DNA from: an uncultured SAR86 cluster bacterium
GTDB taxonomy: Bacteria > Pseudomonadota > Gammaproteobacteria > Magnimaribacterales > D2472
Direction: 5' to 3'
DNA: 64,000 bases
Assembly (NCBI GenBank): GCA_902628085.1
Contig: CACOLO010000003.1
Span: 1,476-65,475, forward strand
Shown: positions 43,326-57,360 of the stretch, piece by piece
How positions within the stretch are numbered: the stretch's first letter is position 1
How the letters are laid out: each line of letters starts with the position of its first letter
Made by a program: the position numbers and the translations under genes
The notes under the pieces: generated by a model
The model's input: the letters and a program-made list of their open reading frames with translations, nothing else
The model's database searches: none
What the model was told of the DNA's origin: nothing

Positions 43326-45756
43326 TATTCTCATTTAAAAATAATTCAAAATAAACATTATCATCATTTTCAGTATCAACTTTGCCTGTTGTTTTATTAA
43401 CTTTTGCAAAAGATATGTCTTCGGGAATTACTTTTTTGCTAACATCCAGTGACGGCAGTTCGTTTTCCATATAATTAAGCCAAATAGGCAGTGCAATTGT
43501 AGAACCATATTCGTCCTTACCTAACGAGGTAAAATCATCAGTTCCCACCCAAACAGTTGTTACAAGATCTTCATGAAATCCAGAAAACCAAGTACTAACA
43601 GAATCATTTGTTGTGCCAGTTTTTCCTCCTATATCATCTCTTTGTAAAAAAGAAGACTTTCTCCCTGCAACACCAGTCCTCATAAATCCCTCTAAAGTAT
43701 CTTTTATTAAGTATGAAATTCTTTGATCAATAACTTTTTCCTTTTTGTTCAATGGTTCGAGAATGAAGTATGGATATTTAACATTCATTTCAAGGGTGTC
43801 TAGCCAGGGAAAAGCACTTATATTCTGATTGTTTACCTTTACCAAATAATCATCATGAGAGAAGATAATATTTCCATCTCTATCTATTATTTTGTCAATG
43901 TAATGAATGTCAGGTATGAAACCATTTGATGCAATAACGCTAAAAGCTCTAACCATTTCTGCTGGAGAAAAATTTCCAGAACCTAGGGCAAGAGATAAAT
44001 CATTTGGTAATCTTGATTTTGTATATCCAAAATTCTCTAAATAATCTTTAGATTTTTCAATGCCAAGCTCCCTAAGCAATTTAATAGAAACAATGTTTAC
44101 AGACTTCGTCAGGGCTTCTCTTAATGAAATTGGTCCATAGAATTTACCTGTATAATTTTGAGGTCTCCAAATACTTTCAAGGTTATCATCTTCAAATGAT
44201 ATAGGTGCGTCATTAATTAGAGTAGACAAATTATAACCATTAGCTAAACCGGAAGCGTAAATGAATGGCTTAAAACTAGATCCAGATTGTGGATAGGAAA
44301 GTCTTACCCTGTCAAAATTACTAGAATTAAAATTTTTACCTCCATGATATGCAACGACCTCACCAGTGTTTGGGTTAACAGAAATTAAAGAAGATTCCGC
44401 TTCAGGGATTTGGTCTAATGTGTAAAAGTCAATATTATTTTTAAGATATACAAGATCTCCAAAATTTAAAATTTCTTTAAAGTTTTCCGGCCTTGGTCCT
44501 AATTCATCAATTGAAATTTGAGACCTAGCCCATGAATATTCATTTGACCAATTAACTTCAATCATTTCAAAATTCTGGTCAATCGAAAAAAATCTATTCT
44601 TTTCAACTTTAATAACTAATGCTGTTTTATGATTTTTAAAATAAGGAAATGTATTAAAAGTCGAGCTTATTTGATTTGAAATATCATTGGTATCTAAATC
44701 AATCTCATCAAAATATTTTTCTATAATTAGAAAATTTAAATCAAGATTTTCTAAAGATTTTTTTTGAGTCTCGTTAAATAGATATGCAAAATTAGATGGG
44801 TTTCTCCATCCATGTCTTTTATCATAATCAAAAAGCTGTTCCATCATGCTTGATTTTGCAGCCAATTGTGAATTGGAGTTGATTGTTGTAAAAACTGACC
44901 ATCCCTCCTTGTATGCTCTTAGTCCATATCTTTTTATTATGTCTTGCCTAGCAAGTTCAGAGATATAATTTGCTTCAACATCGTATAAATTTATATTATT
45001 AGCAATTTTTAAGTCTTGAGATACAGCTTCTTTATATTGTATTTCATCGATATATCCTAATAAAAGCATCCTTGATAAGATCCAATTCCTTCTCAGTTTT
45101 GTCCTTCTTGGATCCTTAACAGGATTTACTCTTGATGGAAGTTGAGCAAGAGCAGCAATAGTTGCTGATTCTGAAATGCTTAATTTTTTTATATTTTTAT
45201 CAAAATATGTATTTGCTGCAGCCTCAATGCCATATGATCTATTTCCTAAAAATATTCGATTTACATAGAGTTCAAAAATTTCCTCTTTTTCTAAATTACC
45301 TTCTAGTTCAAGCGCAAGAAATATTTCTTTTATCTTTCTTATAACGGTTTGTTCTCTTGTTAATAAATAGCCTCTAACAACTTGCATCGTAATTGTTCCA
45401 CCACCACCCTCACATCCAGATGGTCTTAGGCATCTTATAAAAGATCTTATTAAACCTGTATAACTAATGCCTTGATGATTAAAAAAATTATCATCTTCAG
45501 CAGCAAGGAATGCATTTTTGATGTTTTCAGGAATTTCAGTAAAAGTAATTGATCTTCTTTTAATTTCTCCAAATTCACCAATCAAAATGCCATCTTTCGT
45601 ATACACTTTTAAAGGCATTTGAAGTTCGGCCTCATCAACGAGTTTAATTTTTGGTAAAGAAGGTTTTAAATAAGCATTAGTTGCCAGAATTAAAATGATT
45701 GCAAATAAACATATAAAAATTCCAAAGTAAAAAGAATATTTGACGATTTTTTGCAT
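43315..45756 (-). CDS. mrcA: Penicillin-binding protein 1A (bifunctional glycosyltransferase/transpeptidase)
   Basis: 813 aa. GT51 motifs EDDNFFNHQG and GGGTITMQ. Transpeptidase motifs SGSSFKP, SVN and KTGTT. Confidence 0.93.
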   Translation of the reverse strand: MQKIVKYSFYFGIFICLFAIILILATNAYLKPSLPKIKLVDEAELQMPLKVYTKDGILIGEFGEIKRRSITFTEIPENIKNAFLAAEDDNFFNHQGISYTGLIRSFIRCLRPSGCEGGGGTITMQVVRGYLLTREQTVIRKIKEIFLALELEGNLEKEEIFELYVNRIFLGNRSYGIEAAANTYFDKNIKKLSISESATIAALAQLPSRVNPVKDPRRTKLRRNWILSRMLLLGYIDEIQYKEAVSQDLKIANNINLYDVEANYISELARQDIIKRYGLRAYKEGWSVFTTINSNSQLAAKSSMMEQLFDYDKRHGWRNPSNFAYLFNETQKKSLENLDLNFLIIEKYFDEIDLDTNDISNQISSTFNTFPYFKNHKTALVIKVEKNRFFSIDQNFEMIEVNWSNEYSWARSQISIDELGPRPENFKEILNFGDLVYLKNNIDFYTLDQIPEAESSLISVNPNTGEVVAYHGGKNFNSSNFDRVRLSYPQSGSSFKPFIYASGLANGYNLSTLINDAPISFEDDNLESIWRPQNYTGKFYGPISLREALTKSVNIVSIKLLRELGIEKSKDYLENFGYTKSRLPNDLSLALGSGNFSPAEMVRAFSVIASNGFIPDIHYIDKIIDRDGNIIFSHDDYLVKVNNQNISAFPWLDTLEMNVKYPYFILEPLNKKEKVIDQRISYLIKDTLEGFMRTGVAGRKSSFLQRDDIGGKTGTTNDSVSTWFSGFHEDLVTTVWVGTDDFTSLGKDEYGSTIALPIWLNYMENELPSLDVSKKVIPEDISFAKVNKTTGKVDTENDDNVYFELFLNENINF

Positions 45757-45854
45757 ACTTTATTTTAATTCTTAAACCACTGATAATAAATCATTTAACA
45801 TTTAAAAAAGTCTTTTTCCTTGCTTAAGTGTTAAAATCTTCAAAAATTTTAACT

Positions 45855-46358
45855 ATGAACATTTTTATTGTTGGTCCAATGGGTTCCGGAAAGTCCACCG
45901 TCGGTAAAATTATATCTGATGAATTATTTATGAATTTTCTTGACACTGATGAAGAAATAGAAACTAGAACAGGTGCATCTATTGATTGGATCTTTGATCT
46001 CGAAGGTGAAGAAGGTTTCAGGAAAAGAGAAAGTGCCATATTGGCAGAAATGGTTGAAAAAAACTCTATCGTTTTGTCTACAGGTGGTGGCATCATACTA
46101 TCAGAAGAGAACAGAGAACTTTTATCATCAAGAGGAACTGTTTTTTATCTAGCTACGCCTATATATGTTCAAATAGAAAGAACTGCTAAGGACAAAGATA
46201 GACCTCTATTAAAAGACGGGGATCCCGAAGAAATTCTAACTAAACTTCATAATAACAGACAAAACCTTTATGAATCAGTTGCAGATCATGTTGTTGATAC
46301 CGAGAATAAATCAAGTCAAGAAGTCGCATCAGAAATTGTTAAGTTAATTAAGAGCTAG
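45855..46358 (+). CDS. aroK: Shikimate kinase
   Basis: MNIFIVGPMGSGKSTVG and LSTGGG. I prefer the ATG at 45855 over the ORF-track start at 45828, which adds 9 codons. Confidence 0.9.
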   Translation: MNIFIVGPMGSGKSTVGKIISDELFMNFLDTDEEIETRTGASIDWIFDLEGEEGFRKRESAILAEMVEKNSIVLSTGGGIILSEENRELLSSRGTVFYLATPIYVQIERTAKDKDRPLLKDGDPEEILTKLHNNRQNLYESVADHVVDTENKSSQEVASEIVKLIKS

Positions 46359-46361
46359 ATT

Positions 46362-47426
46362 ATGATTGAATTATCAGCAGGAAAGGCAAATACAAAATAT
46401 AAAATACATATTTCAAAGACTGCTCTAACTAAAAAAGTATTAAGTAGAAATATTGATAAAGATAAAAAAATTTTAATTATTACCGATTCTGGTATTCCTA
46501 AAAAATATATTAAAGAACTTAAAAAACAACTAATAAATAAGTCGGTATATGTTCATTCAATTGATAGTGGAGAAAAATCAAAATCCTTTAGAACATATCA
46601 ACAAATTATTAATAAGTTAATTGATTTAGAATTTTCTAGGTCTGATTTAATAATTGCTTTTGGCGGAGGTGTGGTAGGTGATATATCCGGCTTTTGTGCC
46701 TCTTCTTTTCTAAGAGGAATTGATTACATACAAATTCCAACAACACTTCTTGCCCAAGTTGACTCTTCTGTTGGAGGCAAAACAGCTATCAATGTACCTC
46801 AAGGAAAAAATTTGGTTGGAGCATTTTACAATCCACGTCTTGTATTAATCTCTACTGTTTATCTTAAAACTCTAAGCGAAAGAGAATATAAATCAGGATT
46901 GGGCGAAGTTGTAAAATATTCATTAATTGGAAATAAAAAGCTTAAAAAGTTATTAGAAGAGCATACTGAAAAGGTTATTAATCGTGATGACAAAATTTTA
47001 ATAAAAATTATTGAGGAATCTATTAAAACAAAATCTAAAATTGTTACTGATGATGAAAAAGAAAGTGGTATTAGAGCAATTCTAAATTTTGGACATACAT
47101 TTGGACATGCTATTGAAGCATTTAATAAATATAAAAATCTTTCGCATGGTGCTGCAATAACTCTTGGAATGATCATTGCTTCAAAGATCTCATATTATGA
47201 GGGTCACATAAAAAGCCATCAATTGGATAATATTGTAAATATGATTGACTCTCTTAATCTGGATACGGATTATTCAAAATATAATTACTCCGATCTAATA
47301 AAGTATGTAAAATCAGACAAGAAAATTTCTAAGGGTAAGTTGAATTTAGTTTTAATTAACAAACAATTAAAAGCTTTTAAGACCTCAAAATTTGATAAAA
47401 AAAATGTAGTTAGGGCGTTTAATTAG
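46362..47426 (+). CDS. aroB: 3-dehydroquinate synthase
   Basis: Contains GGGVVGDISGF, SSVGGKTAIN and NFGHTFGHAIE. Confidence 0.92.
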   Translation: MIELSAGKANTKYKIHISKTALTKKVLSRNIDKDKKILIITDSGIPKKYIKELKKQLINKSVYVHSIDSGEKSKSFRTYQQIINKLIDLEFSRSDLIIAFGGGVVGDISGFCASSFLRGIDYIQIPTTLLAQVDSSVGGKTAINVPQGKNLVGAFYNPRLVLISTVYLKTLSEREYKSGLGEVVKYSLIGNKKLKKLLEEHTEKVINRDDKILIKIIEESIKTKSKIVTDDEKESGIRAILNFGHTFGHAIEAFNKYKNLSHGAAITLGMIIASKISYYEGHIKSHQLDNIVNMIDSLNLDTDYSKYNYSDLIKYVKSDKKISKGKLNLVLINKQLKAFKTSKFDKKNVVRAFN

Positions 47427-50400
47427 GCTGCATTTGCTGTAGTAGCTTTCAGCAAATCTTGAATATTTGAAGCGGCTGGAACAACGAGCCAAAAATAAGG
47501 CTCAAATCTCTCAAAATCCTCAATAATTGTTTTTGCTTTTATGCTCTTTGTATATTTATAATGTTTTCGAATTATCTCTCTTAAATGCTTCCTATGAGGT
47601 TGCATTTCTTCAGTAGTAATTCTCTCCAATCCAACAAGGGATCTGTTGCACTTATCAAAAAAAGTTCTATCCTCATCAAGAACATATGCAAAACCACCTG
47701 TCATGCCAGCAGCAAAGTTTAATCCCACTGAACCTAAAACTGTAACCAAGCCTCCAGTCATATATTCGCAACAATGATCTCCAGCAGCTTCAATCACAGC
47801 ATTTGCACCGGAATTTCTTACAGCAAACCTTTCTCCAACTGATCCTGAAACAAATAATTCACCGCCTGTCGCTCCATACAAACATGTGTTACCTGCTAAA
47901 ACAGTAGGATTTTCAACAGCATAATTGGCTGTATTTTTAATAACTATCCTTCCACCATTCATACCTTTGCCAACATAGTCATTCGCATCACCGTTTAACA
48001 CAAGATTCAAATTATTTGCATTCCAACATCCAAAACTTTGTCCAGCAGAACCTTCAAATCTTATAGAGAGTTTTTTTGCCAAACCCTCTTCACCATATTT
48101 TTTTGCAATATAACCTGAAATACCTGCCCCAATTGATCTGTCCATATTAGAAATTTGAAAGTTCAATGTACCCTTTTTTTCAGAATCTATGAATTTCTTA
48201 GATTGTTTCATTATTTTTCTCGATAAGTTTCCTTTATCCCATGGTTCATTCTTTTCCACGGTGCAGAAATAGGGCTCATTATTTGTTTCATCTTTCTCTA
48301 ACAGTCCACTTAAATCAATTGATTTATATTGATCTTCCATATTGTTGATTTGTTTTAAATACTGAGTTTGGCCTATTAAATCTTCTAGCTTTTCGACTCC
48401 AATATTTTTTAAATGCTCTCTTACATCATTTGCAATAAATTCAAAGTAATTAATAACTTTCTCTTTTTCGCCAATAAAATGTTGATTAATAAGGTCTTTT
48501 CTTTGAGTTGCTACTCCGGTTGCACAATTATTTAAATGGCAAATCCTCAGATACTTACAGCCCATGGATATCATTGGCCCGGTTCCAAAACCAAAGGATT
48601 CTGCGCCTAGAATTGCAGCTTTGATAACATCTAAGCCTGTTTTCATACCACCGTCGGTCTGAAGTCTGACTTTATGCCTTAAGCCTGCATCTCTCAAGCT
48701 TTGATGAGATTCAGCTAGTCCTAACTCCCAAGGCGAACCTGCATATCTTATTGATGTCAGTGGACTTGCACCTGTACCTCCATCATGACCAGATATTGTG
48801 ATTAGGTCTGCATAAGCTTTAGCAACTCCAGCAGCTATTGTTCCAACCCCGGGCTCTGATACCAACTTTACCGAAACTAATGCCTCTGGATTAACTTGCT
48901 TAAGATCGTAAATCAACTGAGCTAAATCTTCTATCGAATATATATCATGATGAGGTGGCGGAGAAATGAGTGTTATTCCTGGTGTAGAGTATCGTAATTC
49001 AGCTATTAGTTTGTTTACTTTACCTCCAGGTAATTGTCCACCTTCACCAGGTTTTGCACCTTGGGCAATCTTAATCTGAAGAACCTCTGCATTTACAAGA
49101 TAGTGAGGTGTTACTCCAAATCTTCCGGATGCAATTTGTTTTATCTTTGACATTTTTGAGGTTCCGTACCTATGTTTACCTTCACCACCCTCTCCAGAAT
49201 TAGATCTAGCGCCAAGTTCATTCATTGCTTCTGCAAGAGTTTCATGAGCTTTGGGCGATAAGGATCCTAAACTCATCCCGGCTGAATCAAATCTTTTTAT
49301 AATATTTTCAATAGGCTCAACATCGAGTTTTGTTTTATTTTTATTCTTTTTGATTGCAAGTAAATCTCTCAACATTGCAGGAGGTCTTTTATCTACAAGA
49401 TTTGCATATTCTCTGTAAATTTCTATAGAGCCTGATGATACAGCCTCTTGCAGTTTTTTAACAATCTCAGGATTATAAGTATGGTATTCGCCACCATGCA
49501 CGTATTTGAGTAAACCTCCAACATTTATTTCTGAAAGATTTGACCTTGCATAATCATTTAAAGCTCTGTTCTCATCATCTAGATTTTTAATGCTCTTGCC
49601 ACCAATTCTGCTTTCGGTATTTGTAAAACATAAGTCAACAACATCTTTACCTAGTCCAACTATTTCAAAAAGTTGTGAACCTCTATAGCTAGAAATTGTA
49701 GAAATACCCATTTTTGAAATGATTTTTAACAATCCTTTATTTATCCCTTTTCGATATCTAGCGCAGTTTTCATGAGGCGAGCCCTTGAGCTCATTCCTAC
49801 TTGTTAAATCTAAAATGGTCTGGTACGCAAGGGATGGATAAACTGCAGTTGCACCAAATCCAATAAGACATGCTATTTGATGTGTATCTCTTGCTGATGA
49901 AGAAGAGACGACTATATTAACTTTGGATCGCAGACCAATTTCAACGAGTTTTTGATGCACACATCCAACTGCCAAAAGAGCATTAATTGATAGATAATTT
50001 TTATTTGGTAGTTTTTCTTCCAAATGAATTATAGTGTTTCCTTTTTTGACGCTTCTTACTACCCTCTTTTGTAAAAGTTGAAGAGCTTTTTCAAGATTAT
50101 CTCTCTTATGATATGAAAGATCGATTTGGTCACAATCAAAATATGGATTTTTAAAAATAGATTGTAATTTTTTATATGATAAGACTGGAGATGAAGTAAC
50201 AAGCCTTTTTGCATGTTCAGATGTATCTTTGAAAACATTTAATTCTGGACCATAACATGTTTCAAGAGACATGACACTTGCTTCCCTAAGGGAATCAATG
50301 GGTGGATTAGTAACTTGAGCGAATTGTTGTCTAAAATAATCATAAATTTGTCTATGCATCTTGCTCATTACAGCTAAGGCGGTATCATCACCCATTGAAC

Positions 50401-51850
50401 CAGTACCTTCTTGTGATTCAATAGCTAAAGGTTTAATTACTGATGTTCGCTCCTCTTTATAAAGAAGGAACAGTTTTGATGAAATACTGAAATCCTCAGA
50501 ACTTATCTTCTTTAGGCCGGGTCCCTCATACTTATCAAGGCTTGATTCGATGTAAATGCAATTTTTTTTGAGCCATTTTCTGTATGGAGCAATATTTTTT
50601 ATTCTGTCATCGATTTCTTTCTCAGTTAATATCTCTGACGTTTCAGTGTTTATTGCCAAAATACCGCCTGGTGAAATCCTTCCCTTCGAAATAACGCAGT
50701 CTTGTGGAACGGGATTAACACCAGTTTCAGATGCAATTGTGATGTTACTGTATCTATCAATCTGATATCTGGCTGGCCTTAGTCCATTCCTGTCTAATAT
50801 ACAAATAGCCCATTTACCGTCTGACATAACAATTCCCGCTGGACCGTCCCATGGCTCCATGTGCATGGAGTTGTATTCATGAAAACTTCTTACATCAGGA
50901 TCTAAAAGTTGAGCATTCTGCCATGCTGGTGGTATTAACATTCTTATTGATTTAAAAATATTTACGCCACCACATAATAAAACCTCAAACATATTATCTA
51001 ATGCAGAAGAGTCCGAACCTGTTTCATTTACAATTTGTTTAAATTTATGAATCTTAGGAATCAGTGGAGTCTCAAAAATACTGGATCTAGCCCTAGCCCA
51101 ATTCCTATTACCTCTAATAGCATTTATTTCTCCGTTATGAGCCAAAAATCTGAATGGTTGTGCTAAATGCCACTTTGGCGACGTATTCGTTGAAAACCTC
51201 TGATGAAAAACACAAATAGAAGATTGAAAATTCTTAGATTTAAAATCTAAATAAAAATCTTCTATGTCTTTTGGAAGCATCAAACCTTTATAAATAATGG
51301 TTTTTCTAGAAAAACTACAAAAATATAATTTCTCATCATCAAGATAAATTTCTTCAATGAATTTTCTTGAATGCAGCAATGCTGTCTCGAATTCTGTATC
51401 CGTCATTTTTTTGTTAATTGATTCGACAAAAATTTGATAGATGTTTGGCATACATTCGAGAGCAATTTTACCTAAAACATCCTTATTTATAGGAACATCT
51501 CTTACCGCGCTTAGTTTTAAGTCCTCCTTTGACAGAATCTTTTTAATTTGATCAAGTTTGTTTTTTATATTTTGATAATAAAATAATTGTCCAACAGCAA
51601 ATCTTGAAGAAAGATCTAGGTTTTGTTCCTGTTTAAGTATTTTTTTAAAAAAGTCATCATTTATTTTAAGTTGTAATCCGCAGCCATCTCCTGTTTTTCC
51701 ATCAGAACCAATTCCACCACGATGTGTCATACTTTTGAGAGCTTCAATTGAATCTGAAACCAATTTCCTTGATTTTTTTCCCTCTATATTTGCAATTAAA
51801 CCGAAGCCACAATTGTCTTTAAAATAGTCTTTTTTATATAGTTTTGGCAT
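47423..51850 (-). CDS. gltB: Glutamate synthase large subunit
   Basis: 1475 aa. Ntn-amidotransferase N-terminus ...DNCGFGLIA, FMN domain (GGTGASP) and C-terminal GXGXG beta-helix. It is convergent with aroB (4-nt overlap) and divergent from gltD. Confidence 0.97.
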   Translation of the reverse strand: MPKLYKKDYFKDNCGFGLIANIEGKKSRKLVSDSIEALKSMTHRGGIGSDGKTGDGCGLQLKINDDFFKKILKQEQNLDLSSRFAVGQLFYYQNIKNKLDQIKKILSKEDLKLSAVRDVPINKDVLGKIALECMPNIYQIFVESINKKMTDTEFETALLHSRKFIEEIYLDDEKLYFCSFSRKTIIYKGLMLPKDIEDFYLDFKSKNFQSSICVFHQRFSTNTSPKWHLAQPFRFLAHNGEINAIRGNRNWARARSSIFETPLIPKIHKFKQIVNETGSDSSALDNMFEVLLCGGVNIFKSIRMLIPPAWQNAQLLDPDVRSFHEYNSMHMEPWDGPAGIVMSDGKWAICILDRNGLRPARYQIDRYSNITIASETGVNPVPQDCVISKGRISPGGILAINTETSEILTEKEIDDRIKNIAPYRKWLKKNCIYIESSLDKYEGPGLKKISSEDFSISSKLFLLYKEERTSVIKPLAIESQEGTGSMGDDTALAVMSKMHRQIYDYFRQQFAQVTNPPIDSLREASVMSLETCYGPELNVFKDTSEHAKRLVTSSPVLSYKKLQSIFKNPYFDCDQIDLSYHKRDNLEKALQLLQKRVVRSVKKGNTIIHLEEKLPNKNYLSINALLAVGCVHQKLVEIGLRSKVNIVVSSSSARDTHQIACLIGFGATAVYPSLAYQTILDLTSRNELKGSPHENCARYRKGINKGLLKIISKMGISTISSYRGSQLFEIVGLGKDVVDLCFTNTESRIGGKSIKNLDDENRALNDYARSNLSEINVGGLLKYVHGGEYHTYNPEIVKKLQEAVSSGSIEIYREYANLVDKRPPAMLRDLLAIKKNKNKTKLDVEPIENIIKRFDSAGMSLGSLSPKAHETLAEAMNELGARSNSGEGGEGKHRYGTSKMSKIKQIASGRFGVTPHYLVNAEVLQIKIAQGAKPGEGGQLPGGKVNKLIAELRYSTPGITLISPPPHHDIYSIEDLAQLIYDLKQVNPEALVSVKLVSEPGVGTIAAGVAKAYADLITISGHDGGTGASPLTSIRYAGSPWELGLAESHQSLRDAGLRHKVRLQTDGGMKTGLDVIKAAILGAESFGFGTGPMISMGCKYLRICHLNNCATGVATQRKDLINQHFIGEKEKVINYFEFIANDVREHLKNIGVEKLEDLIGQTQYLKQINNMEDQYKSIDLSGLLEKDETNNEPYFCTVEKNEPWDKGNLSRKIMKQSKKFIDSEKKGTLNFQISNMDRSIGAGISGYIAKKYGEEGLAKKLSIRFEGSAGQSFGCWNANNLNLVLNGDANDYVGKGMNGGRIVIKNTANYAVENPTVLAGNTCLYGATGGELFVSGSVGERFAVRNSGANAVIEAAGDHCCEYMTGGLVTVLGSVGLNFAAGMTGGFAYVLDEDRTFFDKCNRSLVGLERITTEEMQPHRKHLREIIRKHYKYTKSIKAKTIIEDFERFEPYFWLVVPAASNIQDLLKATTANAA

Positions 51851-51901
51851 ATTTTTCGAAAAATGAAAATGAATGTTAACACAAAAAATTTTATTTTTTA
51901 A

Positions 51902-54632
<2,731 letters not shown>

Positions 54633-54636
<4 letters not shown>

Positions 54637-55508
54637 TCTTCCCACAATCTTATTAAGCCCTCTTGAGTACATGATGCAATAAGTTTTCCGTCTCTTGAAA
54701 AAATAGAACCTCTCGAAAATCCTCTTGCATTTCTAGTTACAGGACTATCTATGGAATATAAAAACCAACCATCTAAGTCTAAATTTCTATGAAACCACAT
54801 CGCATGATCTAGGCTAGCATTTTGAAGATTTTTAGTTAGAAAATTAACTCCAACAGAATTGTTGGCTGCGCCTAAAAGTCCCATATCAGATATATACAAA
54901 AGGAAAGCCTGCTGAGTGACTTGGTCCTCAGGAAGTGAACCATCTGTTTTAATCCAAGTATTTTTATATGGTGGCATTCTCTCTGGTTTAAAATAATTTT
55001 GGTGTTCAACTGGTCGCATCTCAATTTCCCTTTGTTTAATAAACATTGGCATATCTTCTTTTTTCATTTTTAGCTCTTTTAGAATTTCTTCTCTAATTTC
55101 TTGTTCACTTTTAAGAGATTCTGGTTCAGGAACATCTGGCATTTCAATTTGGTGTTCAAGTCCTTTTTCTCTTTTTTGAAATGATATAGAACAATTAAAT
55201 ATGGCTTCGCCTTCTTGAATAGCTTTAACACTTCTAGTCGTAAAGCTTTTTCCATCCCTGATTCGGTCAACTGTAAATGTAATAGATTTATCCATGTTTC
55301 CAGGTCTTAAAAAATAAGAATGATATGAATGAGCAAAATGCTCTACATCAATGGTTTTGTATGCTGCTATCAAGGTCTGAGCCATTACTTGACCACCAAA
55401 TATTCTCTTGTAACCTACATTTCTTCCGTTCCAGCAAAATATATCCCTATCTATTTTTTCAAGCTCAAATAACTCTAAAGATTTTTTCAGAACCGATTTT
55501 TTATTCAT
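54633..55508 (-). CDS. tesB: Acyl-CoA thioesterase II
   Basis: 291 aa double hot-dog fold. Contains IFGGQVMAQ and C-terminal SCTQEGLIR blocks. Confidence 0.85.
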
Positions 55509-55513
55509 AAGAT

Positions 55514-56269
55514 TTAAGTTGCGCTCAGGCCTCCATCTATTAACAATTCCGTACCTGTTATAAAAGATGATTCATCAGAAGCCAGAAAAACAGCTGCATT
55601 GGCAATATCCTTTGGTTCAGCAAGTTTTCTAATTGGAATCTGTTGGATAAGCTTCTGTTCAATGTTTCTTTCAGGAGCAGCATCAATCATGGTTTGCACC
55701 ATTGCAGTTCTGGTAAATACTGGATGAATAGAATTACATCGGACTAGATTGGTTGTTTTGGCACAGTGAAGTGCTATGGATTTTGATAAATGTCTAACTG
55801 CAGCTTTTGAGGAGTTATATGCGGAAGTATTGTGCGAGGCAACAATACCAGACATTGAGGAAATATTTATAATTGAGCCGTCTCCAGAGTCCCTCATTAG
55901 TTCAATGGCATGTTTGCAACCAAGAAATACTGAATCTAAATTTACACTATGTACTAATTTCCATGTCTCGATATCAGTAGATTCAATATCACCACCATTA
56001 CCAATACCAGCATTATTAACTAATATGTTTAGAGATCCGGCTTCATTTTTAATGAATTCAATTGCAGATATCCAGTCTTCAGACTTAGTGACGTCTAAAT
56101 TTATGCCTTGGCAAGATAGTTCATTACATGTTTTTTTTAATTCACTATCATTAATATCACTGATAAATACCTCTGCGCCCTCTTCAATCATTGAATTAGC
56201 CATTTCTTTGCCTAAGCCTTGAGCTGCACCTGTTATAAGAGCTACTTTACCCTTTAGTCTTTCTGTCAT
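55514..56269 (-). CDS. Short-chain dehydrogenase/reductase (classical SDR)
   Basis: Contains ITGAAQGLG, NNAG, a Ser (ISSMSG) and YNSSK. Confidence 0.85.
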   Translation of the reverse strand: MTERLKGKVALITGAAQGLGKEMANSMIEEGAEVFISDINDSELKKTCNELSCQGINLDVTKSEDWISAIEFIKNEAGSLNILVNNAGIGNGGDIESTDIETWKLVHSVNLDSVFLGCKHAIELMRDSGDGSIINISSMSGIVASHNTSAYNSSKAAVRHLSKSIALHCAKTTNLVRCNSIHPVFTRTAMVQTMIDAAPERNIEQKLIQQIPIRKLAEPKDIANAAVFLASDESSFITGTELLIDGGLSAT

Positions 56270-56376
56270 AATAAATATATAATTAATCTAAGGTCACATC
56301 TTACATTGTTTACAAAAAAACTAGAACTTTAAACGCTCAAAAGGTAGGATATGCAGTCCAAAATATATTAATTGTT

Positions 56377-57357
56377 ATGACAATAAATAAGAAAATAGAA
56401 TTGCCGAATAAGCCTGATACAAAAATTGATGTCTCAAAGGTGTTCAACATTGATTCAGATCTTACTGTAAAAGGCTTCAAAGATACTTCTCCATGGGTGC
56501 CTGAGGTAGATGAGAGTTATGTTTTTGATAAAGCAACAACTTTATCAATTCTCGCTGGTTTTGAACATAATAGAAGAGTTATGGTTCAAGGTTTTCATGG
56601 AACTGGTAAATCTACACATATTGAGCAAATTGCTGCAAGATTAAATTGGCCATGTGTAAGAATAAATCTTGACAGTCACATTAGTCGAATTGATTTACTT
56701 GGAAAAGATGCAATCAAACTCAATGATGGAAAACAAGTTACTGAATTCCAAGAAGGTCTATTGCCTTGGTCTATCCAAAACCCAGTTGCCTTAGTCTTTG
56801 ACGAATATGATGCAGGCAGACCAGATGTAATGTTTGTTATTCAGAGAATTCTTGAGGTAGATGGCAAGTTAACACTTCTTGATCAAAATCAAATTCTTGA
56901 ACCACATAATTCCTTCAGACTATTTGCTACAACCAATACTGTTGGTCTTGGCGATATGACAGGCCTCTATCATGGCACGCAGCAGATCAATCAAGGTCAA
57001 ATGGACAGATGGCATATATTATCAACTCTTAATTATCTTGAGCCTAATCAAGAATATAAAGTAGTTATGTCTAAACTTGGAAATTTAAAAGGTGCAAAAA
57101 ATCAAGAAATAATTAAGAATATGATTAAAGTTGCAAATCTTACAAGATCAGGCTTCGCAAATGGTGATATTTCTACTTTAATGTCTCCAAGAACAGTTAT
57201 ATCTTGGGGTCAAAATTTCAAAATTTTTAAAGATATAGTTTCTTCTTTTGAGCTAACTTTCTTAAATAAATGTGATGAAGTGGAAAGAACTATTATTTCA
57301 GAATACTTTCAGAGGTGTTTTGATATAGATATTGATAATTCTGTCACTGATGCTTAA
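56377..57357 (+). CDS. cobS: CobS-type AAA+ (MoxR-like) ATPase
   Basis: 326 aa, collinear with Pseudomonas denitrificans CobS as I remember it. Shared blocks: AGFEHNRRVMVQGFHGTGKSTHIEQIAARLNWPCVRINLDSH, ALVFDEYDAGRPDVMFVIQR and LYHGTQQINQGQMDRW. Confidence 0.88.
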   Translation: MTINKKIELPNKPDTKIDVSKVFNIDSDLTVKGFKDTSPWVPEVDESYVFDKATTLSILAGFEHNRRVMVQGFHGTGKSTHIEQIAARLNWPCVRINLDSHISRIDLLGKDAIKLNDGKQVTEFQEGLLPWSIQNPVALVFDEYDAGRPDVMFVIQRILEVDGKLTLLDQNQILEPHNSFRLFATTNTVGLGDMTGLYHGTQQINQGQMDRWHILSTLNYLEPNQEYKVVMSKLGNLKGAKNQEIIKNMIKVANLTRSGFANGDISTLMSPRTVISWGQNFKIFKDIVSSFELTFLNKCDEVERTIISEYFQRCFDIDIDNSVTDA

Positions 57358-57360
57358 TTA